Below, piece after piece: positions 37,895 to 47,104 of a stretch of DNA of 64,000 nucleotides. The notes under the pieces were generated by a model. The model worked only from the letters and a program-made list of their open reading frames with translations. It was not told where the DNA came from and did not search any database. Both the position numbers and the translations under genes were made by a program. The stretch's first letter is position 1, and each line of letters starts with the position of its first letter. The DNA lies in the IMG/VR virus record IMGVR_UViG_3300037516_001783, positions 32,001-96,000 of that record. The stretch is one strand, 5' to 3'. This DNA comes from a virus.

Positions 37895-38108
37895 AGTTTT
37901 AACTTTTTACAATGATTTACAATCTTTAAGTAATATTCACAATCAACTTTGTTGTTTGTTGGTTCTGCTGAACTGTATGAACCATGACCTTCATAACCAG
38001 CACTATCCCCAGCCAAATCTTGACCACACAAAGCAACGTCAGCCGATGATACACCTGTAAAATGTACTACCTTAAAACCATCTTCAAATGTTTGAACTTG
38101 CTTTTCAT
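37891..38108 (-). pseudogene. Frameshifted small Zn-finger-like gene
   Basis: ATGAAAAG is one nt short of the long frame KQVQTFEDGFKVVHF...LCGQ...VDCEYY; its TGA overlaps the next GTG. Confidence 0.55.
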
Positions 38109-38113
38109 GTTAC

Positions 38114-38464
38114 CTATTTTTGTATAGAGTTTCCTGTTTTAACTAAAGCTTGGTAAAACTTAACATTAGTCTTTGTAGAAACTTTCTGTATGCCATTTAC
38201 ATTAGTTTCTGATTCAACAACATTCTCAACTACAGTAGCAACTCCACCTTGTAGTTTCCAATTAAAAAACTTCCTTAGAAAATAATCAACATCATCAACA
38301 GGAAGAACAACATAAACCTTATGTTCATCAATAGAATTCATTTCTTCTTCCCTTAATTTAATCTGTTTTTCGATGTACCTGTTGTAATCTTCTTCACTAA
38401 GATTCTCAAGACTTTCTCTGTAGTTCATAACCTGATTATTATAGATATTCGTTGTATTCTTCAA
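38114..38464 (-). CDS. DUF1737-like domain protein
   Basis: WKLQGGV...FYQALVK. Confidence 0.55.
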   Translation of the reverse strand: MKNTTNIYNNQVMNYRESLENLSEEDYNRYIEKQIKLREEEMNSIDEHKVYVVLPVDDVDYFLRKFFNWKLQGGVATVVENVVESETNVNGIQKVSTKTNVKFYQALVKTGNSIQK

Positions 38465-39386
38465 TCCACTCTTGCTTCAGAGGTAAGTTTGCTTCAACAT
38501 ACCTGATGATTGTGTTTCTCACATCTGTATGTCGCTTTTCATTGTGAATTTTCAAAGGAATTAAACCTAATGGTGGTCTGTTTGCACCAATTTGTTTGGT
38601 ATCTTCCTTCACAGGTTGAACAATGAAAGGTAACTCTAACAATGAAATAGTTTTAGCAGTGAAAGCAGTCTCTTTCATTGTCCATTCACCATTCAACTTA
38701 CCAATAAAGTGTTGACTCTTGATATCTGGGAAGTTTGTAGGTAAGTGTTGTGATACATGGCTAAATACATCAAAAATCTGATTTTCAGTAACCCAAATAC
38801 ACCAATTATTTCTATCATAAATTTCACCTTTTTGTGTATTTATGTTACACTTGTTTTCATCTTCAATTTTAAATTGTTCTGCTAAAGTGTTATACTGAAT
38901 ATCCTGTTCATAGGAAGTTGTAGAAATAATATCATCTGGTGAAAGGACTAACTGCAAGTTCATGAATTTCTTACGACGTAGGTCTAAAACACCATAAAAG
39001 TTGAATTTTATAATGTAATCAGAACCACACTCTTTTCTTTTGACAAAGTAAAGTGTTCCGTCTTTTAATTCTGAATGTTGTAAACCAAATAACTGTACTG
39101 TTCTACTAGTCTTCTCACTATGCTCTATTTGTGACATTTGGTTATAGTATTGCTCAATTAAAGCAAAAGCTTCCTTTGCTACTTTTTCACTACAACCGTC
39201 TCCGCAATATGGGACTAAACTTTGATACTTTACAGCCAATCTATACCTACTTGATTCTTTGTAATCTGCAGATAATCTTGATTCTGTATTGTTGTGAGTA
39301 TCCATTATCTGACGAATCTCCTCTCTAAATTGGAAATAGATTTTCCCAAAGTTTTTGAACAATATTTCTACTTTGTTGTTAGTCAT
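38439..39386 (-). CDS. Multi-module hypothetical protein
   Basis: C-terminal PPLGLIP...R...IIRY...EWIEEYNE. Confidence 0.6.
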   Translation of the reverse strand: MTNNKVEILFKNFGKIYFQFREEIRQIMDTHNNTESRLSADYKESSRYRLAVKYQSLVPYCGDGCSEKVAKEAFALIEQYYNQMSQIEHSEKTSRTVQLFGLQHSELKDGTLYFVKRKECGSDYIIKFNFYGVLDLRRKKFMNLQLVLSPDDIISTTSYEQDIQYNTLAEQFKIEDENKCNINTQKGEIYDRNNWCIWVTENQIFDVFSHVSQHLPTNFPDIKSQHFIGKLNGEWTMKETAFTAKTISLLELPFIVQPVKEDTKQIGANRPPLGLIPLKIHNEKRHTDVRNTIIRYVEANLPLKQEWIEEYNEYL

Positions 39387-39415
39387 GGTGAAATTTATAT
39401 TTTATAATTCTAATG

Positions 39416-39631
39416 TTACTCATCTTTACATAAATCAGGGAATCTCCTTTGAAATTCATCGTAGGCTTCCACTACAGTTTTGTTATTATAGAAAGCACCA
39501 ATCCTAATCATTCCTGTGAAATTTCTATGTTTCCTAACATCATGGATATTAAGGATTCTTTTGAATTGGCTTTTAGGAGAAACATTAAGTTCCTCAAAAT
39601 GCACTTGGTTGTGACAAAATACAGCAATCAT
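39416..39631 (-). CDS. Hypothetical protein
   Basis: ORF track. Confidence 0.5.
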   Translation of the reverse strand: MIAVFCHNQVHFEELNVSPKSQFKRILNIHDVRKHRNFTGMIRIGAFYNNKTVVEAYDEFQRRFPDLCKDE

Positions 39632-39933
39632 ACCTTTCTCTCTTCGTATTTTTGTTCTTCAAGTTTCACAGGTTCAAAACCGTAATCAGTACGAATAAGA
39701 TTAATCCTCTCATTGATTAATTTGTCTATCACCTGTAGATTTTGTATTTGACTTGCTGAATAAGTTCTATGTGTAGATAGAAGATTACCAGAAGCGTCCA
39801 TTACAGCACTAACAGCTCCTTGCTCTATTATCCTAACTTTCTTGTTAAAAAGGAGTCTGTGAAGTTTGTCTTCTATGATAGTCCTTTGACAAAGTTCAGC
39901 AAGATTGTTATTTTCTTGGATATTACTTTCCAT
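39628..39933 (-). CDS. Hypothetical protein
   Basis: ORF track. Confidence 0.55.
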   Translation of the reverse strand: MESNIQENNNLAELCQRTIIEDKLHRLLFNKKVRIIEQGAVSAVMDASGNLLSTHRTYSASQIQNLQVIDKLINERINLIRTDYGFEPVKLEEQKYEERKV

Positions 39934-40181
39934 TACACTGACAATTTGAAATACAGGTTTTCTATGAAGCTGTATTGGTTAAACTTTAACAGTAATCTTA
40001 AATACCAAGGTTGTTTACTCATTATACTTTTGATAGCATTCACCCTAATATACTCTGCTTTTGAAATAAACACTGCTGGCTTGGATTTATCTTTAAATAC
40101 TTCCATGTACAGACCGTGTTTTGATTTGAAGAATGCAGAATTGTCTTTTCCTTCTAAGTTGATTTTATTCGGTAATTTCAT
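39933..40181 (-). CDS. Hypothetical protein
   Basis: ORF track. Confidence 0.5.
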   Translation of the reverse strand: MKLPNKINLEGKDNSAFFKSKHGLYMEVFKDKSKPAVFISKAEYIRVNAIKSIMSKQPWYLRLLLKFNQYSFIENLYFKLSV

Positions 40182-40345
40182 TGCTATAAATTTTATCTAA
40201 GAACCTGTTTGACTTTGCTTTGAGTTTTCTCTTAACTCTTTTTCTAACTGAAGTGTTAGAACTTCCTTTTTTGAACATATAATCACTATCCCATTTGAAC
40301 TTCATGATTCTGTGGTAGATGTTACTTTTCATGATTAACAAATTT

Positions 40346-40413
40346 TTAACATTACAAAGGTAGTACTTTTAATTTTACAAAGAAAACAGTCTTAAGTTAG
40401 AAAAGGCTGTTTT
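40346..40413 (-). promoter_or_regulatory. Promoter TACCTTTG plus 31-bp inverted repeat
   Basis: -7 element 40355-40362; AAAACAG-N17-CTGTTTT at 40383-40413. Confidence 0.8.
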
Positions 40414-40654
40414 AATTGTAATTGATTTCAAAATCCTTATCGTAATAAGTTGTTTTCACTGTTGAAAACTCAAACTTAACTGTTAAAGTTTTTGGTGTTT
40501 TCTTGATTACAGTCCCCTTACCTTTATCTGGACAATTTACTTCTTGACCTTTACTTATTTCTGACAGTTTCATTTTTATAAGTTGTTTAAGTTTCTCGTA
40601 GAATTGTGAAGTGAAATCATTTTCAAACATAATCTCACTTGTTTTAGGATGCAT
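40412..40654 (-). CDS. Small SH3-like hypothetical protein
   Basis: KGQEV..PDKGKGTV...LTVKF; true start may be the internal MKLSEI. Confidence 0.5.
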   Translation of the reverse strand: MHPKTSEIMFENDFTSQFYEKLKQLIKMKLSEISKGQEVNCPDKGKGTVIKKTPKTLTVKFEFSTVKTTYYDKDFEINYN

Positions 40655-40829
40655 TTTGTAAAATCCTTTCTGTTCCGTAAAAATCTTTCTTTAACATTAT
40701 TGTCACAGTTCTATCTGGTTCTGTAGAAGCTAAATCAACTCCCATAACAATATTGTCAAAGAAGTGAGGTTCAAATAACCTTCCTCCCACTATCCTCGGT
40801 TCTTCACATATAGCAATGAACTTTGAATT

Positions 40830-41375
40830 CTACTCCTTTTGAAACTTCTGGAGGTTTATTAACCTCTCTACACCTTTTCCTACTTTAGGAAATTGGTAGT
40901 CAACATACGGCAGTAAACTCATCTTAAATATTGAATTTTCAATTTGCTCTTTCTTATCTTCTACAGATTCCTGTTCTGAAGTTTTCTTACTTGAAGATTC
41001 TACAGATTTTCCACTCAACCTTTCCTCAATCCTTTCTCTGATAATCATACGGTCTCTTTCTGTTGGTATGTAATCATTAGCGAATTCTGGAAAGCTTTTA
41101 ATTGCTTCTAAATAAGTTCCGGAGTAATCAGTAGCATTAATTCCTCTGTTAAGACATTCCTTATACAGTTCGTCATTTCTATTCTTCAAGTAAAGAAGTT
41201 TGTCATAGAAAAACTTCACATGACCTGTACCTAAAGTAAATTCTTTTGGTTGGTTATCCAGATTAAACCTACCTTTCAAAATACAATTGGGAATTCTTTT
41301 CATTTCCCTTAGTTCAGCAAATAAATGTTTGCTATTTAATTCCTGAGGAGGAATACCACAATTAATCCTTGTCAT
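40830..41375 (-). CDS. denV: Pyrimidine dimer DNA glycosylase (T4 endonuclease V family)
   Basis: MTRIN...HLFAELREMKRI...FTLGTGHVKFFYDKL.YL..R...L..EC..RG; about 60-aa C-terminal extension. Confidence 0.92.
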   Translation of the reverse strand: MTRINCGIPPQELNSKHLFAELREMKRIPNCILKGRFNLDNQPKEFTLGTGHVKFFYDKLLYLKNRNDELYKECLNRGINATDYSGTYLEAIKSFPEFANDYIPTERDRMIIRERIEERLSGKSVESSSKKTSEQESVEDKKEQIENSIFKMSLLPYVDYQFPKVGKGVERLINLQKFQKE

Positions 41376-41886
41376 ACCAAGTTGGGAAAGTTAATTCTGT
41401 GTTTTTATTTCTTGCTACCCAACTAACAACCCTGTCGGTTAAATCAATATAAGTTTGTAGTTCACCACCTGTGAAAGTACAAGCAGAATCTTGACAAATA
41501 ACATCTGCTACATTCTGAGTAAGTTCTTCTGTTTCTGGTATTACTTCGTTGATTAAACGTAAAAAGCTTTCGTAAAACTTGTTTAAGCTGATATCAACAC
41601 ACTCCTCTTCTCCTTCTTCCTCACCTTGTACTTCCTCTTCTAATTCTTCATCCCAATAGGTTTCATATGTTCCTGTACCTACCCACTCCCACTTTTCATC
41701 CTTAGCATTACAATTACCATTGTTACAGTAATCGTAGTACAACCTTCCAACTGCCCTAATTAATTCACCTTGAACTGTAACTGGTGAACCTGAACTTGGA
41801 ACCAATTCTTTGTTCAGCTTGTTATAAATATTTTGATACCTACCTTTGTTATTCCAGTAGCATCTTTGAATGGCAGAATTTCCCAT
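41362..41886 (-). CDS. Hypothetical protein with acidic insert
   Basis: YWNNKGRYQ...LVPSSG..T.QGELIRA..RLYYD..NNG.CN. Confidence 0.65.
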   Translation of the reverse strand: MGNSAIQRCYWNNKGRYQNIYNKLNKELVPSSGSPVTVQGELIRAVGRLYYDYCNNGNCNAKDEKWEWVGTGTYETYWDEELEEEVQGEEEGEEECVDISLNKFYESFLRLINEVIPETEELTQNVADVICQDSACTFTGGELQTYIDLTDRVVSWVARNKNTELTFPTWYDKD

Positions 41887-41890
41887 GAGA

Positions 41891-42115
41891 TTAAAGTGTT
41901 AATTTTATTACACCAAATTTAATTAAAGTGAGTATCTCTTCTAATGAGATATAGATTTTTGTATTAGAGATAGCTTCTCCAGTTGCATATCCATCTTTTA
42001 CTCCGAAAAAAGCTTTCTTCCAAAACGGACCTGTACAAACAAGTACGCTGAAGAGTAAATAATTATTCACTTTGATTTGAGATGTTATGTAGTTTATCTC
42101 TTCTTGGGTTGCCAT
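41891..42115 (-). CDS. Hypothetical early protein
   Basis: First ORF behind promoter cassette at 42150-42217. Confidence 0.55.
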   Translation of the reverse strand: MATQEEINYITSQIKVNNYLLFSVLVCTGPFWKKAFFGVKDGYATGEAISNTKIYISLEEILTLIKFGVIKLTL

Positions 42116-42149
42116 AAGATTAAATGATTAAATGTTTAAGCTTTGTTAC

Positions 42150-42217
42150 TTAACATTACAAAGGTAACTCTTTTCTTTTAAACAACAAAACAGCCTTTTA
42201 TAGGAAAAGGCTGTTTT
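42150..42217 (-). promoter_or_regulatory. Promoter TACCTTTG plus 31-bp inverted repeat
   Basis: -7 element 42159-42166; AAAACAG-N17-CTGTTTT at 42187-42217. Confidence 0.8.
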
Positions 42218-42716
42218 TTATTATTTTATTTCCTTTCAGTGTTAATCAAGGATACACCAATCTTCATTAGAAATCGTTTTCTATAACCTTCTTAATTTCA
42301 TTAGGGTCGTGTTTCACCCAGATTCCTTTTACAGCATTGTACTTTAACAGTTCGCCATTCTCGAACTTAACTGTTCCATCTTTAATTTTCTCTTTAGACA
42401 TTTTATTTGTTGTTATTAAGGGTTGCTAATATTTCAAGTTGTTTTACTCTGGTATGTGACCTGTCTATGTGAACATCTAAAAGTTTCAACCTTGCGTCTG
42501 AAAATTTATCCATCTTCTGAAGACATTCCATAATCACAATTTGATTCTTCATGATTATAGTTAAATCTAATTCTATTGACATACTAAAATTCTAAACCAA
42601 GTAATTGTACAACTGTTATGACTGCTAGAAATGACAAATATGCCAAAATAAATGTGATTCCTAATTTCTCCAATATTGAGGAATCCTTTTCCTTATTGTA
42701 ATCTTTGAAGTTCATG

Positions 42717-42977
42717 TTATGAATTGTTATTGTTACCTTTAACAACGCTGTTTTCTAATTTTAATTTTTCTTTTATCAGTTCATCAAGTTCTGATTGAGT
42801 TCCTATTCTAAAATGAAAACCCAATTCTCTCTTTAAACGAATTTTTAAATCTAACAACTTTATTTTATCAGCTTTTGATTTTCGTTTCTTATTCTCAAGA
42901 GTTATAATTTTCTCTTTAGCTTTTTCATAAGAATTAACAACATCAATATGTGTACCTTTTGGTAATGAAAATTCCAT
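42717..42977 (-). CDS. Basic hypothetical protein
   Basis: ORF track. Confidence 0.5.
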   Translation of the reverse strand: MEFSLPKGTHIDVVNSYEKAKEKIITLENKKRKSKADKIKLLDLKIRLKRELGFHFRIGTQSELDELIKEKLKLENSVVKGNNNNS

Positions 42978-42981
42978 ATTT

Positions 42982-43344
42982 CTATTGTAGATTATGAATC
43001 CACTTTTCTACCTTAACAACTCCATCTTGAAGACTGTCATAAACTAACTCCTCTTCCAGAATCCCTTTCTCCTTTAACAGTTCAAGAAGTTCTTCCTGTG
43101 ATTTCTCACCTACTTCAAACATCTCAAAGAATTTCTCTATTTCTTCTACAGGAATAGCAAATCTGTTTACCCTGTAACCTCCATATGGAGCGTCAGGTTT
43201 TACTTCTTCTAATTGGTAGTATTGTACACCTGTCAACTTATTCTTCATAAGTTTAGCAACAGTATATTCAACACCTTTCTTAATCCAATTTGTTGACCTC
43301 ACTTCTTCTGGCTTGTGAGTATCGTCTATACAAACAACTTTCAT
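42982..43344 (-). CDS. SH3-like hypothetical protein
   Basis: MKVVCIDD..KP...WIKKGVEYTV...Y.L.E...RF. Confidence 0.6.
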   Translation of the reverse strand: MKVVCIDDTHKPEEVRSTNWIKKGVEYTVAKLMKNKLTGVQYYQLEEVKPDAPYGGYRVNRFAIPVEEIEKFFEMFEVGEKSQEELLELLKEKGILEEELVYDSLQDGVVKVEKWIHNLQ

Positions 43345-43346
43345 AC

Positions 43347-43679
43347 TTAGAAATTTTGTAATGAAACTGACTTCAATATTTCTTCAAACATTGCTTTTGC
43401 AATAATATGTTCAACTTCCTTAGAGAACAACATTTCTGAATGTGAAACTGAAAATCGAACTTGTTTTGTTTTACCATTAATTTTGAACTGCAACATATAC
43501 CTTTCTTCTGGATTTATGCCTGCTAACTTGTACATAACAACATCTTGTAACATGTTGTTAGTAACACCTACAGATTCATTTCTTAATTTCTCAACTGCAG
43601 TTTCGATTAAAATTTGCTCCTGAGTTTCTTCAAGCTGTTTTTGTAATTCTACAGCTTTTACTTTCAGTTCACTAACCAT
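43347..43679 (-). CDS. Hypothetical protein
   Basis: ORF track. Confidence 0.55.
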   Translation of the reverse strand: MVSELKVKAVELQKQLEETQEQILIETAVEKLRNESVGVTNNMLQDVVMYKLAGINPEERYMLQFKINGKTKQVRFSVSHSEMLFSKEVEHIIAKAMFEEILKSVSLQNF

Positions 43680-43998
43680 TAGATTGTTCTTTTTCTGAGA
43701 AATACAATTCTACATCATCCCACTCGAAACCCATTTCATCATTGAAATAATCTTCCCAACCATATGGTTGTTTTGTTTCTTCGTCAATTTCTTCATTATA
43801 CATTTCAACCAAGATTATGTTTGAGTAATCTGGTATGAACTTGTTTTCGTATAGAAACAGGTGTTGATTTGCTAAAGTGTTAAGAACCAAGTAAGCTTCT
43901 CTCTCACTTTTCACTTCTACAGCGAAATTCTTACTTACTCCAACCTGAGGAAAGTGTACAACTCTCAGTTTGTTCTTTATTTGTTTGAAATCTTCCAT
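43672..43998 (-). CDS. P22 gp17-like exclusion-escape protein
   Basis: KLRVVHFPQV...F.VEV.S..EA......LA...LF.YEN...PDYSN...E.....W.DY matches my recollection of the P22 gp17 family. Confidence 0.7.
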   Translation of the reverse strand: MEDFKQIKNKLRVVHFPQVGVSKNFAVEVKSEREAYLVLNTLANQHLFLYENKFIPDYSNIILVEMYNEEIDEETKQPYGWEDYFNDEMGFEWDDVELYFSEKEQSNG

Positions 43999-44001
43999 TT
44001 G

Positions 44002-44196
44002 TTATTCTTTAGGAGGTGCTAGTCTGAAATAATTTGATTGTAAGGTTGTTTCGTAATATGAGAATCTGTAAGGCAAACTAGAATCCATAAACCAACTTTT
44101 CATTATCGGTTTATCTGTTTCAAATCGTTTTTGTTGTTGTTTAGATTCCTTACTACGTGTGAAAACTCTAACTCTTATTCTGGGATTCTCATCCAT
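44002..44196 (-). CDS. Hypothetical protein
   Basis: ORF track. Confidence 0.45.
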   Translation of the reverse strand: MDENPRIRVRVFTRSKESKQQQKRFETDKPIMKSWFMDSSLPYRFSYYETTLQSNYFRLAPPKE

Positions 44197-44387
44197 CTTC
44201 TTACAGTTGAATATTGTTGTGAATCACTTCTAAAGAACCATCTTCTTGGTAAATGTCTTCCGTTTGTTATATCCCTATCTGAGAATCTTGAAACTTTGAA
44301 ACTCCCATGGCTTGTTTCTATTAAAACATATTCCCCAGCTTCTGGTAATTGACAATCAGGTTCTATTGTTATCCAAGGACTTTTCAT
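44175..44387 (-). CDS. DUF551-like protein
   Basis: WI.......LPE.GEYVL...V.RWM.IPE. Confidence 0.65.
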   Translation of the reverse strand: MKSPWITIEPDCQLPEAGEYVLIETSHGSFKVSRFSDRDITNGRHLPRRWFFRSDSQQYSTVRRWMRIPE

Positions 44388-44401
44388 ATTGTTATTTTGA
44401 C

Positions 44402-44448
44402 GATTTATAAATTTTCTCGATGGATTTCACCATCAGAGGACTTTTTAC
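44402..44448. repeat. Intergenic direct repeat copy 1 (copy 2 at 44649-44694)
   Basis: gattta[tc]aaattttctcgatg-N12/13-gaggactttttac. Confidence 0.85.
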
Positions 44449-44648
44449 TTTATTTCTGACAGAATTGAATTTATAACTTCATCAATTTGTTTACCCATAC
44501 CTAAATTCTCTTTAAGCATAGGGATAAACATCATTTTGTAAACCTCATCTGTTATTATAGACTCTGTTGTTACATATTCATACCCAAATTCCTTCAAGTT
44601 TCTAACACCAGCATTTAAAAGATGTTGCTTTATATCTTCGTTTGTCAT
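44445..44648 (-). CDS. Hypothetical protein flanked by direct repeats
   Basis: AGVRNLKEFGY..VT...I.TDEVY. Confidence 0.65.
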   Translation of the reverse strand: MTNEDIKQHLLNAGVRNLKEFGYEYVTTESIITDEVYKMMFIPMLKENLGMGKQIDEVINSILSEIK

Positions 44649-44690
44649 GATTTACAAATTTTCTCGATGTATCTGCCGTGGGAGGACTTT

Positions 44691-44888
44691 TTACATCATG
44701 TTATCCTCAAAATATATCCCTTCATCAACAACTTCTATGCCTAAGATTTCAGAAATAGATTGAAAAGCTTCTGCTTTCTTGTTATTCTGTTCCATACTGT
44801 AAACATAATCCCTAGTAACGTGTAACGGCATATCACTGTCAACTTCTAAAGTTATTATGACGTCAATCTTTTTTCTTTTACCACCCAT
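44691..44888 (-). CDS. Hypothetical protein
   Basis: ORF track. Confidence 0.5.
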   Translation of the reverse strand: MGGKRKKIDVIITLEVDSDMPLHVTRDYVYSMEQNNKKAEAFQSISEILGIEVVDEGIYFEDNMM

Positions 44889-44922
44889 GACTATATGAAT
44901 AATCTATTGTTTTCACTTATTT

Positions 44923-45000
44923 TATCGTACTCCACAAGCTTCTATATTAAATTTCATACACTTATATGAATTGGAACTTTTGAAGCTTTAAATGACGATA
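44923..45000 (-). ncRNA. Long interrupted hairpin immediately 3' of T2
   Basis: Nested tatcgt/acgata, aagcttc/gaagctt, ttcata/tatgaa helices. Confidence 0.5.
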
Positions 45001-45002
45001 TT

Positions 45003-45076
45003 TGCCCTGAACCCAAGAATCGAACTTGGACACCTCGAACAATAGGACGAGTACTCTACCATTAAGATAATTCAGG
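45003..45076 (-). tRNA. tRNA-like RNA T2, aberrant 8-10 nt anticodon loop
   Basis: CCTGAAT/GTTCAGG acceptor, AATGGTA D-loop, CTCG-TCCTATTGTT-CGAG arm, CCAAG-TTCGATT-CTTGG T-arm, ends GCA. Confidence 0.8.
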
Positions 45077-45085
45077 GTTTGTTTG

Positions 45086-45460
45086 TTAGGTATTTCTCTC
45101 TTTATACCTTTGTAATTCTATTTCTTTAACCTTGTTCTGGTAATATCCTATAACAAGTTCCTTTACTTCCTTCAGACATTTCAAATCCATAGCGTAAAGG
45201 TAAGGTGTGATTTGGTCTACTTCCTTACTCCTTTCCTGTATGCTCTCATAGAACTTGAAGTCTGCGTTTTTGGTTATGCTGGTAAGAAACCTATCCAAAT
45301 GCTTTGTGGCTAAATTGAAATCCTTCTTCACATTATTCCTTAGAGAACTATGCTCCTCGAAATCCTTCATAGAACAATACAGGTTATTGGTATGAGTTAC
45401 CACCTGTAAGAAATGGAATTGCTTTTCACTTTCACTTCTCTCCTTTACTTCACTACTCAT
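45086..45460 (-). CDS. Hypothetical helical protein
   Basis: ORF track. Confidence 0.55.
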   Translation of the reverse strand: MSSEVKERSESEKQFHFLQVVTHTNNLYCSMKDFEEHSSLRNNVKKDFNLATKHLDRFLTSITKNADFKFYESIQERSKEVDQITPYLYAMDLKCLKEVKELVIGYYQNKVKEIELQRYKERNT

Positions 45461-47048
45461 TTTCTATTGAATCCTTTATGTACTTTGGTAATTTGTTCCT
45501 ATGGATAAGGTTGCTGAAATTGCTGTCTAATATGTGAGTTACACTCCAGTCGTCTTTACTTCTTGTACTTCTACCACATAGCTGTATAACATCACAAAGT
45601 GTCTTCCAACCATACCACGTCTCATTTGATTCCATTCTCCTTTTGATTTGCTCATCAGCCATACTAGGATATGGTATCTTCATTAACACCTGAAATCTTG
45701 CTAAATCTCCCTTTAAATCTACACCGTTGACCATTGAGGGTGATACTAGCACTGTTTTCTTTTCAGACTCTATATGATTGTTTAACGCTGTTTCCCTATC
45801 TGTGGAGTCGTGGAAGATAAATTTGTCTTTTAAATCTTCTATTTGTAACAGGTCTCTCTTAAGCCAATTAGAAACCTTATAGTTCCCTGTATGGATTATA
45901 CCTTTATAGTCTATGTTCTCCCTTACTATCCTTATGGTTTTCTTTAGTAGCTTGTGATAGTTTTCTTCTATACCTTCGAAGTTCATTTTCCCTATTGGCG
46001 AATACACTATCTTCCTTTTTTCTGCTTCGAATGGTGATTCTAAACTTAGGAAGCTGGATGTTGTTAGGTCTATGTTCATAATTTTACAGAACATTACTCT
46101 ATCTAAAATAGTACCTGAAAGTAGAACTATGTGGTCGTATTTTTCCCATAGTTGTGGTAGATAATTGGTTCCCCAGATGACTTTTGCCTTAATTAAAACA
46201 GTTCCGTCCGTTGTTATCTCCTTATTTAGTATCCAATTGTTACTCCAGTTTTCATTATCATCCAGGAATCTGTTTATTTTTAACTGTAGAAATGAGATGT
46301 TTTTTATTTTCTTTAGTAGGGTTTGTTTTTTATTCTTACCTACACAGATTTCTAGTTGTTGGTTTAATTTGCTGTTTTGTTGTCTTATTAATTCGTTTAC
46401 TTCTTGTTCTATAAAGAGTGCGAATTGTTTTATTGTTGTTATTGTTTTTAATCTGTTTTCTGTTTCTTTTGTTACTTCCAAACCTAATGAAGCCAAGTAA
46501 TTTGTTGAAATGAAACATTCTACATAGTGTGAGTATGTTTCTTCGAATAAATGTGCTTCATCTATAAACAGTATCTTTGCATTTCTTTCATCTATGAATG
46601 CTGGGTTGTTACAATATAAACTTAGGAAAAGGTTGAAGTTCAATACTCCTACCGATGATTCCATGTATTCCTTCTTTGCTATCTTATATGGGCATGAGTA
46701 ACATTGCACTTCTTCACCTGAAGCAATTAATTCTTGACCAACTGAACAGTTTTCTACTTCATGGTCTGTACATATGTAGTTTTCCTTACCTTTTAAGCTT
46801 CTTAGATAACTGAAATCTGATATGTATTGGTCTTGTAATATCTTGGTGTTTGTTAATATGTCGAATTTTGCACTTGGATTTAACTCCTGTACGTGTCTCG
46901 CCATCATTTGTATAGCATAAGATTTACCTACTCCTGTTGGCATTTCTGCTACTAAAAATTTCTTGTTTAGTTCTATTAACTTTATAAACTTACTTACAAC
47001 CAATATTTGTTCTGCCCTCGGCTCCCAATTCAAAGTGATGTCTTCCAT
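45453..47048 (-). CDS. DinG/XPD-family SF2 helicase
   Basis: PTGVGKS, LQDQY, KGKENYIC plus further Cys (Fe-S), IDEAH, LSGT, GVDLKGD, KIPYP, Q.CGRSTRSKDDW. Confidence 0.9.
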   Translation of the reverse strand: MEDITLNWEPRAEQILVVSKFIKLIELNKKFLVAEMPTGVGKSYAIQMMARHVQELNPSAKFDILTNTKILQDQYISDFSYLRSLKGKENYICTDHEVENCSVGQELIASGEEVQCYSCPYKIAKKEYMESSVGVLNFNLFLSLYCNNPAFIDERNAKILFIDEAHLFEETYSHYVECFISTNYLASLGLEVTKETENRLKTITTIKQFALFIEQEVNELIRQQNSKLNQQLEICVGKNKKQTLLKKIKNISFLQLKINRFLDDNENWSNNWILNKEITTDGTVLIKAKVIWGTNYLPQLWEKYDHIVLLSGTILDRVMFCKIMNIDLTTSSFLSLESPFEAEKRKIVYSPIGKMNFEGIEENYHKLLKKTIRIVRENIDYKGIIHTGNYKVSNWLKRDLLQIEDLKDKFIFHDSTDRETALNNHIESEKKTVLVSPSMVNGVDLKGDLARFQVLMKIPYPSMADEQIKRRMESNETWYGWKTLCDVIQLCGRSTRSKDDWSVTHILDSNFSNLIHRNKLPKYIKDSIENE

Positions 47049-47104
47049 GATAAATTATAACTTTGTTTTGCAATTTATTCCTAATTTATCAAGTTCTTCT
47101 GTTG

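Noticed and set aside
44402-44448. Hammerhead ribozyme (CTGATG...GAAA on minus strand) or mini-CRISPR
   Set aside because: Core reads CTGATGG not CTGATGA and the three-stem geometry is missing; only two repeats, separated by an intact gene.
10133-46518. Alternative-frame minus ORFs 10133-10330, 15062-15277 and 46336-46518
   Set aside because: Nested in or overlapping long genes in low-complexity stretches; no independent evidence.
45086-47048. Impression of different codon usage in the DinG region (recent transfer)
   Set aside because: Visual impression only; needs a computed codon-usage comparison.
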